Notes: a model not told the origin generated them from the letters alone. Shown: positions 18,046 through 28,850, numbered from the stretch's first letter. The stretch: DNA of 64,000 nucleotides from an uncultured Gemmatimonadales bacterium (GCA_963741945.1 CAVUKA010000004.1:64001-128000), one strand, 5' to 3'. Translations and numbers: made by a program.

Positions 18046-19397
18046 TACTGCTCCTCGCCGAGTCGTTCCCCGAGGATGGACTCCAGCCGCGCCATCGCGC
18101 CGCCGAGTCCCTGCCTCGCCCGTACCCCCGCCACCTGCGCTTCCGCCAGTGCCACCTGCGACGCCTGAAGCTCCAGGATCGTGGCCGCACCCATCGTGTA
18201 CCGCTCCTCCTGCACGCGCAGGTCTTCCTCCGCCAGCTCGACCGTACGATCGGCGACCTGGATCTGCCGCTCCGCCACTTCGAGATCCCGCACCGCACCT
18301 TCCACATCCACCCGCGCGGCCAGCCTGGCATCCCTGGCCGCGGCCTCGGCCGCACGCTCCTGCGCTGCCGCCCTCTGCACGCCCGCTTCCCGCTGCAGCC
18401 CGTTGAACAGCGGCAGCGACGCGGTCACCCGGAGGCTCCAGCTCTGCTGGGCCGGCGGGAAGTCATAGGAGAACCAGTCATAGCCGCCGCTCAGCCGCAC
18501 CACGGGGAGATAGGGCGTGTACGACGCCAGCCGGTCCGCGTGGCGACTCGCCCGCGCCGCTTCCGCCGCGACCACCGATGGCGACGACTGCGCCGCAGCG
18601 TGCACGAGCTCCTCGACGGACGGAAGCTCGGGCGCCTTCTCCGGCAGCGCCGATTCCGCCGCCCATACTTTCTCCGCCACGCCAATGGCGCGGCCCAGCT
18701 CCAGCGCCGCGTTCTCGAGTGCGGAGCGCGCTTCGAAAACGGCGAGGTCCGCGTTCTGGACCTCGATCTCCGCACGAAGAACGTCCGAGCGCGTGGCTGT
18801 CCCCACGTCGAACCGCTGCGCTGCGAACTCCTGCTGGTGCTTCGCTCGAGCGAGGCGCTGCTCCGCCACCCGCGCCAGGTCCCGCGCCGCTGCCGCCGCG
18901 TAGAATGTCAGCTTGGTCCGGTACGCCGACCCGAACGCCTGCTCCCGTTCACGCGCTTCCGCCGCCGCCACCCCCGCGCCAGCCGACCTCAGCTGCGCCA
19001 GCTTGCGACCCCCCGAGAAGACCTCGTACGACGCCTGCAGCTGGTTCGTGTAGCTCTGCGACACCAGTCGCCCCGAAGCCTGATCGAAACGCTGGTTGCT
19101 CGAGTTGCCGTAAACGCCGTTCGCGCTGAGCGACGGCAGTAGCGCCCCTCGCGCCTGGAGCCGGTCCGCACGCGCCATCGAGGCATTCGATGCCGCCGAC
19201 ACCACCAGCGGATCCACTGCCGCCGCGAGCTGCAGCGCCTCATCCAGCGTCACTGTACGGTGCCCGGCGGCCTGCCCGGCCGCCTCACCCGCGTCCTGCG
19301 CCCGCGCCACCCCGGGACTCGCGGCCAGCAGCGCGACCACCGCCAGCCACACGCGTCCCGCACGCCCGCGGCTGTGCGATGCCATGCTTTGCTTCAT
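18045..19397 (-). CDS. TolC-family outer-membrane efflux protein
   Basis: Signal peptide, TLDEALQLAA, LLPSLS, SLPLFNG, ERYTMGAATILEL; first gene of the RND operon. Confidence 0.9.
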   Translation of the reverse strand: MKQSMASHSRGRAGRVWLAVVALLAASPGVARAQDAGEAAGQAAGHRTVTLDEALQLAAAVDPLVVSAASNASMARADRLQARGALLPSLSANGVYGNSSNQRFDQASGRLVSQSYTNQLQASYEVFSGGRKLAQLRSAGAGVAAAEAREREQAFGSAYRTKLTFYAAAAARDLARVAEQRLARAKHQQEFAAQRFDVGTATRSDVLRAEIEVQNADLAVFEARSALENAALELGRAIGVAEKVWAAESALPEKAPELPSVEELVHAAAQSSPSVVAAEAARASRHADRLASYTPYLPVVRLSGGYDWFSYDFPPAQQSWSLRVTASLPLFNGLQREAGVQRAAAQERAAEAAARDARLAARVDVEGAVRDLEVAERQIQVADRTVELAEEDLRVQEERYTMGAATILELQASQVALAEAQVAGVRARQGLGGAMARLESILGERLGEEQ

Positions 19398-19501
19398 GCT
19401 TCTATTCTGATCGGGAATCCCGGCAGACCACCCACGTGAAGGATGACGCCCGAGCCATCCCGGACGTTGTGGTCCGTCGCACGACTGCACGGCCGCGCGC
19501 C

Positions 19502-22255
19502 CTACTTGCACTCGAACCAGCTCGTTCCCCGCCCCATTTCCACCTTCAATGGCACGTCCAGCTCGAACGCCCCTTCCATCTTCGTACGGACCAGCTCGGC
19601 CACGGCCGCGGAGCGCGCCTCAGGGACCTCGAACAGCAGCTCGTCATGGACCTGGAGCAGCATGCGCGTCCCGTCCCGCTCCTCCTCGAGTGCGCGGTGG
19701 ATGTCGATCATGGCGATCTTGATGATGTCCGCGGCGCTCCCCTGCACGGGGGCGTTCGTGGCCGCACGCTCACCGAACTGGCGGATGTTGTAGTTCTTGC
19801 TCTTCACTTCCGGGATGTAGCGCCTGCGCCCGGTCAGCGTCTCGACGAATCCTTCCTCGTACGCGCGCTCGATCTGGCGATCCAGGTAGCTGCGCACGTC
19901 GGGGAGCCGCTCGAAATAGTTCTCGATGAAGGTCTTCGCCTCCTGCACGCTGGTGCCCAGCTGCTTGGACAGGGCGTACGGGCCGATGCCGTAGATGGTG
20001 GCGAAGTTGATGGTCTTGGCCGCGTCCCTCATCCGCGGCGTCACCTGCTCCACGGGGACGTCGAACACGAGCGCCGCGGTCTGCCGGTGGATGTCCTCGC
20101 CGGCGCGGAACGACCGGACGAACGTTTCATCACCGGAGAGGTGGGCGAGAACGCGCAGCTCGATCTGCGAGTAGTCGGCCGACACGAACACGAACCCGTC
20201 CTCCGGCACGAACCCCTTGCGAAGCTCCGCGCCGACCTCGGTCCGGATCGGGATGTTCTGGAGGTTGGGGTCGGCGGACGAGAGCCGACCGGTGGCCGCC
20301 ACGGCCTGCTTGAAGCTGGTGTGGATCCGACCCGTCTCGGGAGAGACGAGCGGCGGCAGCGCGTCGACGTACGTGTTCTTCAGCTTGTCCAGCTGCCGGT
20401 ACTCGATGATGAGCGACGGGATACGGTGCCCCGATTCCGCGAGCTCCTCGAGCACCGACGCGTCCGTGGACGGCCCCGTCTTGGTCTTCTTGATGACCGG
20501 CAGCTGCAGCTTCTCGAACAGCACCTCCCGGAGCTGTGGCGTGGAGTTGATGTTGAACTCCTGCCCCGCTTCCTTGAAGATCTCTTCCTGGATCAGCGCC
20601 AGGTCCCGGTCCAGCTTCTTCGATACGGTGCGGAAGAAGTCCACGTCGATGCGGATACCGGCCGTCTCCATGTCCGCCAGCACGCGTTCCAGCGGCATCT
20701 CGACGTCACGGTACAGCCGCTCCAGGCGGTACTGGTCGAGCTGCGGCTCCAGCCGCGCCCGCAGCCGCAACGCCATGTCCGCCTTCTCGCACGCGAAGTC
20801 CCGTACCGCGTCCACCCCGCACTCCGCCACCGGTGACGCGCTCCGCCCCTTGCCGCACAGGTCTTCGTACGTGGTCGGGCTGTGGCCCAGGTGCTGGAGC
20901 GCCAGCGAATCCAGCTCCTGGTCCCGTCGCCCGGGCTCCAGCAGGTAGCTCGCGAGCATGACGTCGAAGCTCAGCCCCCGGAGCGGCACGCCCGCCCGCC
21001 GGAGCGCCAGCAGCGTGTACTTCAGATCATGGCCCGTCTTCTCCACGCCCGGGTCCTCGAGCAGCTCCACCACCGACCGCATGGCGGGCGCGTTGAGCCC
21101 GGGGAGGTTGAGCCCGCCGTGGTCGCCCAGGTCCAGCTCGCCGGGGCGACGATGGGACAGCGGCAGGTAGGCCGCCTCCCCGGCCTTCGTCGCCAGCGCC
21201 AGTCCCACCAGCTCGCCCCGCAGCGCGCTGGTCGCGGACGTGGACACCGCCCACACCGCGACCGTGTCCGCCTGACGCGCAGCCGCCGCGAGACGCGCCG
21301 CTTCGTCCGGCGAGCGCACCAGCCGATACCGCCCTTCCAGCTTCGCCGTCTCCGGCTCGGGCGCGGCGATCTCCCGCACCAGGCCGTGGAACTCCAGCTC
21401 CACGAACAGCTCCTTCAGCCGCTCGCGGTCCGGCTCCGTGACCTTGAGCGCCTCCAGGTCCAGCTCCACCGGGAGCTCCTCCTTGATGGTCACCAGCTCC
21501 TTCGACAGCCGCACCGCGTCCGCGTGCTCCAGCAGCGCTTCCCTCGCCCGCTTCCCGCTGATCCCCTCCGCGGCATCCAGGATCGCCTCCACGCTGCCGT
21601 GCTCCGCGATGAGCTTCAACGCCGTCTTCGGCCCGATCCCGCGCGCGCCCGGCACGTTGTCGGAGCTGTCGCCGATGAGTGCCAGGTAGTCCCGCACGCG
21701 CTCCGGCGGCACCCCCAGCCGCTCTGCCGCGTTGCGCGTGTCCACCCACTCCTCGTCCACGGCGGCCTGCCCCCCACGGCCCGGGTTCAGGAGCGACACG
21801 CCGGGACGGATCAACTGGTAGAAGTCCTTGTCGCCGGACACGATGACGCTGTCCACGCCCGCGGCATCGGCCAGCCGGCACAGCGTGCCGATGACATCGT
21901 CCGCCTCGTGGTCGGCAAGCCGGAGCACCGGGATACGGAACGCTTCCAGCAGCGCCTCGATCCGCGGCAGCGATGCGCGCAGCTCGTCCGGCATCTTCTC
22001 GCGCGTGGCCTTGTACTCCGGGTAGAGCTCCGTGCGCGCGCTGGTGCCGGCGTCCAGCACCACGCCCAGATAGTCCGGCTCGTGGTCGGAACGGAGCTTA
22101 AGCAGGAATCGTGTGAGCCCGAACGCCGCCGACGTGTTCTCCCCCCTGGAAGTGGTCAGGGGCCGGCTGATCATGGCGAAAAACGCCCGATAGATCAGGG
22201 CATAGCCATCAATGAGGAACAGTCGCGGGCGGGTCTTTTCCGGCGTATCAACCAT
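19502..22255 (-). CDS. polA: DNA polymerase I
   Basis: LFLIDG..LIYRAFFA and EADDVIGTL (5'-3' exonuclease); TGRLSSADPNLQNIP, DYSQIELR, AKTINF, LQVHDELLFE. Confidence 0.98.
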   Translation of the reverse strand: MVDTPEKTRPRLFLIDGYALIYRAFFAMISRPLTTSRGENTSAAFGLTRFLLKLRSDHEPDYLGVVLDAGTSARTELYPEYKATREKMPDELRASLPRIEALLEAFRIPVLRLADHEADDVIGTLCRLADAAGVDSVIVSGDKDFYQLIRPGVSLLNPGRGGQAAVDEEWVDTRNAAERLGVPPERVRDYLALIGDSSDNVPGARGIGPKTALKLIAEHGSVEAILDAAEGISGKRAREALLEHADAVRLSKELVTIKEELPVELDLEALKVTEPDRERLKELFVELEFHGLVREIAAPEPETAKLEGRYRLVRSPDEAARLAAAARQADTVAVWAVSTSATSALRGELVGLALATKAGEAAYLPLSHRRPGELDLGDHGGLNLPGLNAPAMRSVVELLEDPGVEKTGHDLKYTLLALRRAGVPLRGLSFDVMLASYLLEPGRRDQELDSLALQHLGHSPTTYEDLCGKGRSASPVAECGVDAVRDFACEKADMALRLRARLEPQLDQYRLERLYRDVEMPLERVLADMETAGIRIDVDFFRTVSKKLDRDLALIQEEIFKEAGQEFNINSTPQLREVLFEKLQLPVIKKTKTGPSTDASVLEELAESGHRIPSLIIEYRQLDKLKNTYVDALPPLVSPETGRIHTSFKQAVAATGRLSSADPNLQNIPIRTEVGAELRKGFVPEDGFVFVSADYSQIELRVLAHLSGDETFVRSFRAGEDIHRQTAALVFDVPVEQVTPRMRDAAKTINFATIYGIGPYALSKQLGTSVQEAKTFIENYFERLPDVRSYLDRQIERAYEEGFVETLTGRRRYIPEVKSKNYNIRQFGERAATNAPVQGSAADIIKIAMIDIHRALEEERDGTRMLLQVHDELLFEVPEARSAAVAELVRTKMEGAFELDVPLKVEMGRGTSWFECK

Positions 22256-22366
22256 CGCGTGCTCGGTTCGGGGTCAGATACGGCATGTTACCCCCCACGC
22301 CCGCTCGGGTGCAATGAACCCCGATCGTCGCGTCATTCCGCGGTCTCCACGCCGATTCCCGCGCAC

Positions 22367-22401
22367 AAAGAAGCCGCCCCGCCAGCTGGTGGCGGGGCGG
22401 C
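22367..22401 (-). terminator. Intrinsic terminator after cold-shock gene
   Basis: 12-bp stem GCCGCCCCGCCA / TGGCGGGGCGGC followed by TTCTTT on the minus strand. Confidence 0.75.
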
Positions 22402-22432
22402 GATCATGTCGTTGGGGTTCGGAGACTTCAGC

Positions 22433-22642
22433 TCAGGTGGCCAGCTGTCGCTGCACGTTTGTGGCTTGAAGCCCCTTGTCGGTCTGACGGACCTCGAAAT
22501 CGACTTCCTCGCCCTCAGTCAGCGTCTTGAAGCCTTCCATGGTGATCGCCGAGAAATGGACGAAGACGTCCTCTCCATCCGATTGCTCAATGAACCCGTA
22601 GCCCTTCGAGTCATTGAACCATTTCACCCTGCCCTTGAGCAT
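22433..22642 (-). CDS. Cold-shock domain protein (CspA family)
   Basis: [42 protein letters not shown]. Confidence 0.97.
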   Translation of the reverse strand: MLKGRVKWFNDSKGYGFIEQSDGEDVFVHFSAITMEGFKTLTEGEEVDFEVRQTDKGLQATNVQRQLAT

Positions 22643-22693
22643 GAAACTGACCTCCTAACAAGGGTACCTCTCGCCTGATGCGCCAGCATCGCC

Positions 22694-22723
22694 AAAATAT
22701 GCGCGCTCGGACAGCACCGTCAA
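22694..22723 (-). promoter_or_regulatory. Putative sigma-70 promoter of the cold-shock gene
   Basis: Minus strand TTGACG (22723-22718), then CATATT/TATTTT 16-18 nt downstream. Confidence 0.45.
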
Positions 22724-23322
22724 GAAAAACCTCCCATCGCGGAAAGCCAGATCGCCCCCAGAATGCCCGCCGCGGAAACGAGTGGGAGGAAGAGGTTGTC
22801 GTCCACCGGAAAGGTGGGCGCCTCGAGGAGTGTGGCGATGAAGGCCGCCATCGCGGCCGTCCCCGGTCCCACGCCCGCCACTCCCATCACCAGGGCCCAC
22901 GCCACCACGAAGAACACCACGCTCCCCTCCAGGCTCTTCCCGCCGGGATAGCGCATCCGCCCGAAGCGCTTGCCCACGACCGCGGCCAGGGCGTCGGCGA
23001 TTCCCGTGACGAGAATGGCGGTGACCGCCACGACGGCTGGGAAGAACGCAGCGGTCAGCGCGTAGCCGAGAGCCAGCGTAGCGGCGCCGGTGATGCGGCG
23101 ATGCTCGGCGGGCCGAAGGAGCACACCCAGGCGTCGCTCGAACCAGGCGTTGAAGGGAGCGTGCAGCTGCCGGGTGAGCTCGACGCCGACCGCCACGCCC
23201 GCGGCCACGGCCAGGGTGATGGCGCCAATGGGCCGCGGCAATCCCCACACGCACGCTGCGGCGGCCAGCGACGAGGCGGCATGAATGAGCTTCCGGAGAG
23301 CTTCGCCACGCGCGTCGAGCAT
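22720..23322 (-). CDS. Dolichol/phytol kinase-like (CTP_transf_1) membrane protein
   Basis: RKLIH, ITGAT, GIADALAAVVGKRFG, GKSLEGS, DDNLFLP motifs. Confidence 0.88.
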   Translation of the reverse strand: MLDARGEALRKLIHAASSLAAAACVWGLPRPIGAITLAVAAGVAVGVELTRQLHAPFNAWFERRLGVLLRPAEHRRITGAATLALGYALTAAFFPAVVAVTAILVTGIADALAAVVGKRFGRMRYPGGKSLEGSVVFFVVAWALVMGVAGVGPGTAAMAAFIATLLEAPTFPVDDNLFLPLVSAAGILGAIWLSAMGGFS

Positions 23323-23330
23323 GGGCCCCG

Positions 23331-25727
23331 TCAGTCGGCGCTGGCCTCCACGGGCTCGCCCGGTCCCCCCTCGATATCCGGGTAGAGCGCCCGGTAGAGG
23401 GCCCGGTGGAGGAGCACGCGACGGATGTAGTCCCGCGTCTCGGAGTACGGGATCCGCTCGGAAAGGAGCTCCAGGTCGACGTGCTCGGGGAGCTTCTGCC
23501 ACGCCACTGCCCGGTTCGGCCCCGCGTTGTACGCCGAGAGGACGAGCGGGAGCTGACCGTTGAACCGCCCCATGAGCTCCTTCACGAACCGGACCCCGAG
23601 GTGAACGTTGACTTCCGGCTCCTTCAGGAGCGAGGTCTCGAAGTCTTTCAGCCCGGCGGCGCGGGCGAGCCCCCGCCCCGTCGACGGCATGATCTGCATC
23701 AGCCCGATGGCCCCCGCGCCGCTGGAGATCTCGGGGTTGAATGCAGATTCCTGCCGGATGAGGCCGGCTACCAGAGAGGGGTCCAGGTCCTGCTCTCGCG
23801 CTTCGGGGACCACGATGTTCCGGAACGGGAACGGGTAGACGATCCGGAGCAAGCGGGGGTTCCACTGCCCCTCACGCTGCCGGAGGTCCCAGCCCATGGC
23901 GATGCCCGTGAGGGTGTAGCCGCGGCGGTTCAGCGCTTCCGCCAGGGCGTACTCCCCCGAGATCTCGCCGGAGAAATGGCGCCTCAGCTGCGACACTTCG
24001 CGGACCAGATCATCACGCAGATCGAGCGCCGCAAGCAGGTCCACTCGCCGCAGCGCCAGCCGAACGAGGGAGTCGGCCCGCTCGCTCTGCGGCGGCTCTG
24101 GCGACATGGGGATCCCGAGCACACTCTCCCCGAGCAGCTCCGCGGCGCGCGCGCCGTAGAACGATAGCGGGTCCTGGCGACGCAGCGCTCGCAGCCGCTC
24201 CTCGGCCAGCGAGTCTCGTCCCAGCCTCTCGTACATCCGGGCCGCCCAGTACGTGGCCTGATCGGCCCGGCGGCCATTCGGGAACGAGCGGAGATAGTTC
24301 TCGAAGATGGTGGCCGCCTTGGCGTACGACCCGTCCATGATCTCCAGGTCGGCCAGCCGCATGCGGGCGAGCCCCGCCTCGTACAGATCCGGCGCCGCCG
24401 CGGCCGCTCGGCGGTAGTATTCCTTCGCCTCGTCCAGCTCGAGGGCATCGTGTTTCAGGTCGGCCAGCAGGAACAGCCCCCGGGCCGTCGCTTCCTGGTC
24501 CGGATAGCGCTCGGCCAGCCGGAGGAACGTCTTCTGCCCCGTCGTCGAGCGCCCCTGACGGTACTGCGCGCGCCCCGCCAGGTACAGCGCCTCGGCCGCC
24601 ACTGGCGCATTCTCGGCCGCCGTGCCGGCCAGCGCCAGCAGCAGCCGCTCCGCTTCCGGGTAGTGCCCACCATTGAACAGGGCACGTCCGAGCTGGAGTC
24701 GGACGCCCAGCCGGTCCGCGCCCGCACTTTCACCCGAGTCGAGGAAGTGGCCGAACGCTTCCGCCGCCCGCGACGCATTGCCGTGTCGCAGGTAGATCTC
24801 ACCGATCCGTCGCCACTCTCCGCTCGATGGATTCAGCCCGCTCAGCCCCCACGCCGCGTCCACGGCTCCCGTTGTGCCCGGCGCCCCCGCCATGGCATTG
24901 AGGAACGCTTCCCTGGCGCGGGCCGTGTCGCCCCCCTCCAGCCGCAGCTTGCCCAGCGCGGACCACGCTTCCGCTCGGTCCCCGCTCGCGTCCGCGGCCC
25001 TCGCCGCGTCCAGCGCCACCCTGCGCGCCAGCATGTTGTCGTCCGCACGGGTGGCCGCATCCAGCCGGATCCGCCAGCCCCGGTCCCGCGCCAGCCAGGA
25101 GGAGACGTCCCGAAGGCGATGCTCGACCTGCGCGGTGTCGCCCGCGCCCGCGGCCGCGCGCGCCGCGAAGAGGGATGCCCAGTCACCGAACCACGGGACG
25201 AGCGCCCGGGCACTGTCGAACGCGCTGAGCGCGGCGTCCGTTTCGCCCGCGCGCGTCAGCGCCAGCCCCCGACGGAGCTCCGCCACACCTGCCACGGAAT
25301 CTCCCGGCGCCACGCTCAGGTAGCGGGACAGCGCCTCGCCCGCGGCCGCGAAGCGACCCTCCCGCACGCGGGATCGGCCGAGCAGGCTCCAGCCGGCGCC
25401 GTTCTCCACCGTGTCCAGCCAGTCCCGCCCCTCCAGCAGCCGTGAGACCGACGCCCAGTCGCCCCAGCCAGCGCTGAGCCGTGAGGCGAACAGAATGGTC
25501 GTCGGCGCGGTGTCCGCCGCCGCCCGAAGGTGCTCCGCCAGCAGCCGGCTCGCCCGCCAGAAGCGCCCACGCTTCGCGGCCTCCCGGACGGGGCCCGGGA
25601 TCTCGGGCGCCGACGTATCCGCCACCGGGGTCCCCGGTGTCCGGGCATGGGCACCGCCGTGCGCCAGCCGCGAGGGGAGCGCGGCTGCAAGGACGAACAG
25701 GACGACCAGCGCGGGATTTCGGCTCAT
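23331..25727 (-). CDS. Slt70-like lytic transglycosylase with TPR/helical repeats
   Basis: Signal peptide, helical repeats, C-terminal IRQESAFNP...GAIGLMQIMP...AYNAGP...ETRDY. Confidence 0.93.
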   Translation of the reverse strand: MSRNPALVVLFVLAAALPSRLAHGGAHARTPGTPVADTSAPEIPGPVREAAKRGRFWRASRLLAEHLRAAADTAPTTILFASRLSAGWGDWASVSRLLEGRDWLDTVENGAGWSLLGRSRVREGRFAAAGEALSRYLSVAPGDSVAGVAELRRGLALTRAGETDAALSAFDSARALVPWFGDWASLFAARAAAGAGDTAQVEHRLRDVSSWLARDRGWRIRLDAATRADDNMLARRVALDAARAADASGDRAEAWSALGKLRLEGGDTARAREAFLNAMAGAPGTTGAVDAAWGLSGLNPSSGEWRRIGEIYLRHGNASRAAEAFGHFLDSGESAGADRLGVRLQLGRALFNGGHYPEAERLLLALAGTAAENAPVAAEALYLAGRAQYRQGRSTTGQKTFLRLAERYPDQEATARGLFLLADLKHDALELDEAKEYYRRAAAAAPDLYEAGLARMRLADLEIMDGSYAKAATIFENYLRSFPNGRRADQATYWAARMYERLGRDSLAEERLRALRRQDPLSFYGARAAELLGESVLGIPMSPEPPQSERADSLVRLALRRVDLLAALDLRDDLVREVSQLRRHFSGEISGEYALAEALNRRGYTLTGIAMGWDLRQREGQWNPRLLRIVYPFPFRNIVVPEAREQDLDPSLVAGLIRQESAFNPEISSGAGAIGLMQIMPSTGRGLARAAGLKDFETSLLKEPEVNVHLGVRFVKELMGRFNGQLPLVLSAYNAGPNRAVAWQKLPEHVDLELLSERIPYSETRDYIRRVLLHRALYRALYPDIEGGPGEPVEASAD

Positions 25728-25867
25728 GTCTTCCAGGGAGTGCAACTGTCGGGCCCGGTAGCTCGTTGCGGCCGCGCCGCGACGGCGCCAGGCCACCCTC
25801 ATGGGAGGGTACACCGTTGCGCCGCGGAAGCGCCACCGCCCGGGGGCAGAGCAGCCGACGGGGGGGG

Positions 25868-25901
25868 AACGAAAGGAGGCCACCCCGCGGGGTGGCCTCC
25901 T
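25868..25901 (-). terminator. Terminator after exbB/tolQ-like gene
   Basis: Perfect 28-bp palindrome AGGAGGCCACCCCGCGGGGTGGCCTCCT (25874-25901) followed by TTCGTT on the minus strand. Confidence 0.7.
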
Positions 25902-25933
25902 GGAAGAACGTGGCCGTGTCGCGTCCTGTTACG

Positions 25934-26647
25934 TCACGCCCTCGCGCCCGCCTCGATCTCCTGCAGCGTATCGATCATCTTCTGCGCCGACTCCTCCATG
26001 TCGATGACCAGCCGGTCAACCTTCGTCACGAAGTAGTTGTGCATGATGTTCATCGGGATCGCGATCGTCAGCCCGGCCGCGGTCGTGATCAGGGCGACCT
26101 TGATGCCGCCCGCCACCAGCGTGGCCTCCACCTCGCCCGCCGCCTCGATGTTCTGGAACGCCTGGATCATCCCGATCACGGTTCCGAGGAACCCGAGAAG
26201 CGGCGCCACGTTCGCGATCGTCGCGAGCCACACCAGCCCGCTCTCGAGCCCGGCCATCTGGATCAGGCCGACGTTCTCGATCGCCTTCATGACACGCTCG
26301 GTGCCCTCACCGTGCCGCTCCAGCCCGGCCAGAAGGATCCGCCCCGCCGGCGTATTGGACTCCCGCGCGGCTTTCAGCGCGCCCGGGACATCCCGCTTCG
26401 CCAGCCGCTCATCCACCTCACGCAGCACTTTGCGCGTGCGCGCCCCCGTGATGCCGAGGTCGATCAGCTTCCAGATAATGACCCCGAGCCCCAGCACGGC
26501 GGCCGCGCCCAGCGGCCACATCATCCAGCCGCCATCCTGCCAGATGGAAACCGCCCACTCCGAGAAGGACAGGTCTGGACCTTCCATTCCCGGAATCTGC
26601 AGCATCGCGAGGTTCAGGAACGTGACTCCGCTCAAGTTCGCCTCCAT
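25934..26647 (-). CDS. MotA/TolQ/ExbB proton channel protein
   Basis: GGWMMWPL, LATIANVAPLLGFLGTVIGMI, GGIKVALITTAAGL. Confidence 0.93.
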   Translation of the reverse strand: MEANLSGVTFLNLAMLQIPGMEGPDLSFSEWAVSIWQDGGWMMWPLGAAAVLGLGVIIWKLIDLGITGARTRKVLREVDERLAKRDVPGALKAARESNTPAGRILLAGLERHGEGTERVMKAIENVGLIQMAGLESGLVWLATIANVAPLLGFLGTVIGMIQAFQNIEAAGEVEATLVAGGIKVALITTAAGLTIAIPMNIMHNYFVTKVDRLVIDMEESAQKMIDTLQEIEAGARA

Positions 26648-26717
26648 TCACACAGCTCGAGTCACCCGTCCCTCGGGCGACCAGCGCCGTATCCTACGTT
26701 ACGGTAAGGGAACGAGC

Positions 26718-26746
26718 AAGGTAGAGAGCACCTCTCGAGGTGTCAA
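26718..26746 (-). promoter_or_regulatory. Sigma-70 promoter for exbB/tolQ-like gene
   Basis: Minus strand TTGACA (26746-26741), 17 nt, TACCTT (26723-26718). Confidence 0.65.
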
Positions 26747-27792
26747 GACGCAGACGCCGCTCCCCGCTCGTACGACGGTTCCTTGATGCACGCCGCGTAG
26801 TGGCCAGGCCCCTTTTCCGCCAGCGGCGGCGTGATGCGCGCGCATTCGGCGTCCTTCCCTGGATGCGGACAGCGCGGATGGAACGGGCACCCGGACGGCG
26901 GGTCGATCGGGCTCGGCACATCGCCCGGCAGCACGATTCGCTCCCGCTTCCGCCCCGGCTCCGGCACCGGAACGGCCGAGAGAAGCGCGCGCGTGTAGGG
27001 GTGCCTGGGCTCGGATGTCAGCACGCGGGCATCCCCCATCTCCACGATCCTGCCCAGGTACATCACCGCCACCCGGTCACTCACGTGCTCCACCACGCTC
27101 AGGTCGTGCGCGATGAACAAGAACGCCAGTCCCAGTCTCCGCTGCAGGTCCTGCAGCAGGTTCAGCACCTGCGCCTGGACGGAGACATCGAGCGCCGAGA
27201 CCGGCTCGTCGCACACGATGAAGTCCGGTTCGACGCTGAGCGCCCGCGCGATCCCCACGCGCTGCCGCTGCCCGCCGCTGAACTCGTGCGGGTAGCGGGT
27301 GGCGTAGGATGGCCGCAGCCCCACCAACTCCAGAAGCTCCTGCACCCGTCGATCCGCGGCCTCGCCCGTCGCGAGGCCATGTACCTTCAGCACCTCCCGG
27401 ATCGCACCGCCCACGGTCAGCCGCGGGTTCAGCGATGCGAACGGGTCCTGGAAGATGATCTGCGCCTCCCTCCGCAGCGATCGCAGCCCGTCTTCGTCCA
27501 TGCCCAGAACATCGCGACCATGGAAGCGCACCTCGCCCGCCGTGGGCTCCAGCAGCCGGAGGATGGCCCTGCCCGTCGTGGACTTCCCGGACCCCGATTC
27601 CCCCACCAGTCCCAGCGTCTCCCCCGGTCCCACCCAGAACGTCACGCCGTCCACCGCCTTCACGTGCGCGCTGACCCGGGAGAAGAAGCCGCTCCGGATC
27701 GGGAAATACTTCTTCAACCCGCGCACTTCCAGCAGCGCCCCCGCGGGCCGCTCCTCCTCCAGGCGATGCCCCCCCAGCCAGCTCTCGCTCAC
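26743..27792 (-). CDS. Oligo/dipeptide ABC transporter ATP-binding protein (OppF/DppF)
   Basis: [50 protein letters not shown]. Confidence 0.95.
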   Translation of the reverse strand: MSESWLGGHRLEEERPAGALLEVRGLKKYFPIRSGFFSRVSAHVKAVDGVTFWVGPGETLGLVGESGSGKSTTGRAILRLLEPTAGEVRFHGRDVLGMDEDGLRSLRREAQIIFQDPFASLNPRLTVGGAIREVLKVHGLATGEAADRRVQELLELVGLRPSYATRYPHEFSGGQRQRVGIARALSVEPDFIVCDEPVSALDVSVQAQVLNLLQDLQRRLGLAFLFIAHDLSVVEHVSDRVAVMYLGRIVEMGDARVLTSEPRHPYTRALLSAVPVPEPGRKRERIVLPGDVPSPIDPPSGCPFHPRCPHPGKDAECARITPPLAEKGPGHYAACIKEPSYERGAASAS

Positions 27793-28850
27793 CGGTCCCC
27801 CTCCGCGCCCGGTGATTCCGCCACCCCGGGCGTCGCCGGGGAGCCCCCGAACCCGCCACCCGCCCGTCGCACCTCTTCCCGCCGCTCCGGCTCGTCCACC
27901 AGCCAGCAGCGCGCTTCCTGGGATGCGCCGGCGCCGAGGAGCGGCGGGTGCTCCAGACACCGCTCCCAGGCGTACGGGCAGCGGTCGTGGAAACGGCAGC
28001 CTCGGGGCCACGCCGTCGGCGGCGGCACGGTGCCGCGGATCATGGCCAGCTCTCCGCCGCGGCGGTCGGGGCGCGGGATCGCGGCCAGCAGCCCCTCGGT
28101 GTACGGGTGGGCCGGGTGGGCGAAGATGTCGGCCACGCGCCCCTCCTCCACCACTTCGCCGGCATACATGACCACCACGCGCTCGCAGGTCTCCGCCACC
28201 ACCCCCAGGTCGTGCGTGATGAGCATGACGGCCATGCCGAGCCGGTCCCGCAGCCCCAGCAGCAGCTCGAGGATCTGGGCCTGGATCGTCACGTCGAGCG
28301 CCGTGGTCGGCTCGTCGGCGATGAGGAGGTCGGGCTCGTTGGCCAGCGCCATGGCGATCATCACCCGCTGCCGCATCCCGCCCGACAGCTGGTGCGGGTA
28401 CTCGTCGACCCGCCGCCCCGGCACCGGTATGCCCACCAGCTCCAGCAGCTCTATCGCCCGCGCCCTCGCCTCCCTGCGCCCCACCCCCCGGTGCAGGCGC
28501 AGCGCTTCACCGATCTGCTCGCCCACGGGGAAGACCGGATTGAGCGAGGTCATTGGCTCCTGGAAGATCATTGCGATGTCGTTCCCGCGGATCCCGCGCA
28601 TCTCCCTTGCCGACAGCCGCGTCAGCTCGCGACCATCGAACGAGACGCTGCTCCCTTCCTCGATCCGCCCGGGCTCCGGCACCAGGCCCATGATGGAGAG
28701 CGATGTCACGCTCTTTCCGCACCCGCTCTCGCCCACGATGCCCAGGATCTCGCCCTCGCCCACCTCGAAGGACACCCCGTCCACGGCGCGCGCCTCCCCC
28801 TCCTCGGTGTGGAAGTAGGTCCGCAGGTCCCGCACTTCGAGCAGCGCCAT
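27789..28850 (-). CDS. Oligo/dipeptide ABC transporter ATP-binding protein (OppD/DppD)
   Basis: [52 protein letters not shown]. Confidence 0.95.
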   Translation of the reverse strand: MALLEVRDLRTYFHTEEGEARAVDGVSFEVGEGEILGIVGESGCGKSVTSLSIMGLVPEPGRIEEGSSVSFDGRELTRLSAREMRGIRGNDIAMIFQEPMTSLNPVFPVGEQIGEALRLHRGVGRREARARAIELLELVGIPVPGRRVDEYPHQLSGGMRQRVMIAMALANEPDLLIADEPTTALDVTIQAQILELLLGLRDRLGMAVMLITHDLGVVAETCERVVVMYAGEVVEEGRVADIFAHPAHPYTEGLLAAIPRPDRRGGELAMIRGTVPPPTAWPRGCRFHDRCPYAWERCLEHPPLLGAGASQEARCWLVDEPERREEVRRAGGGFGGSPATPGVAESPGAEGDR

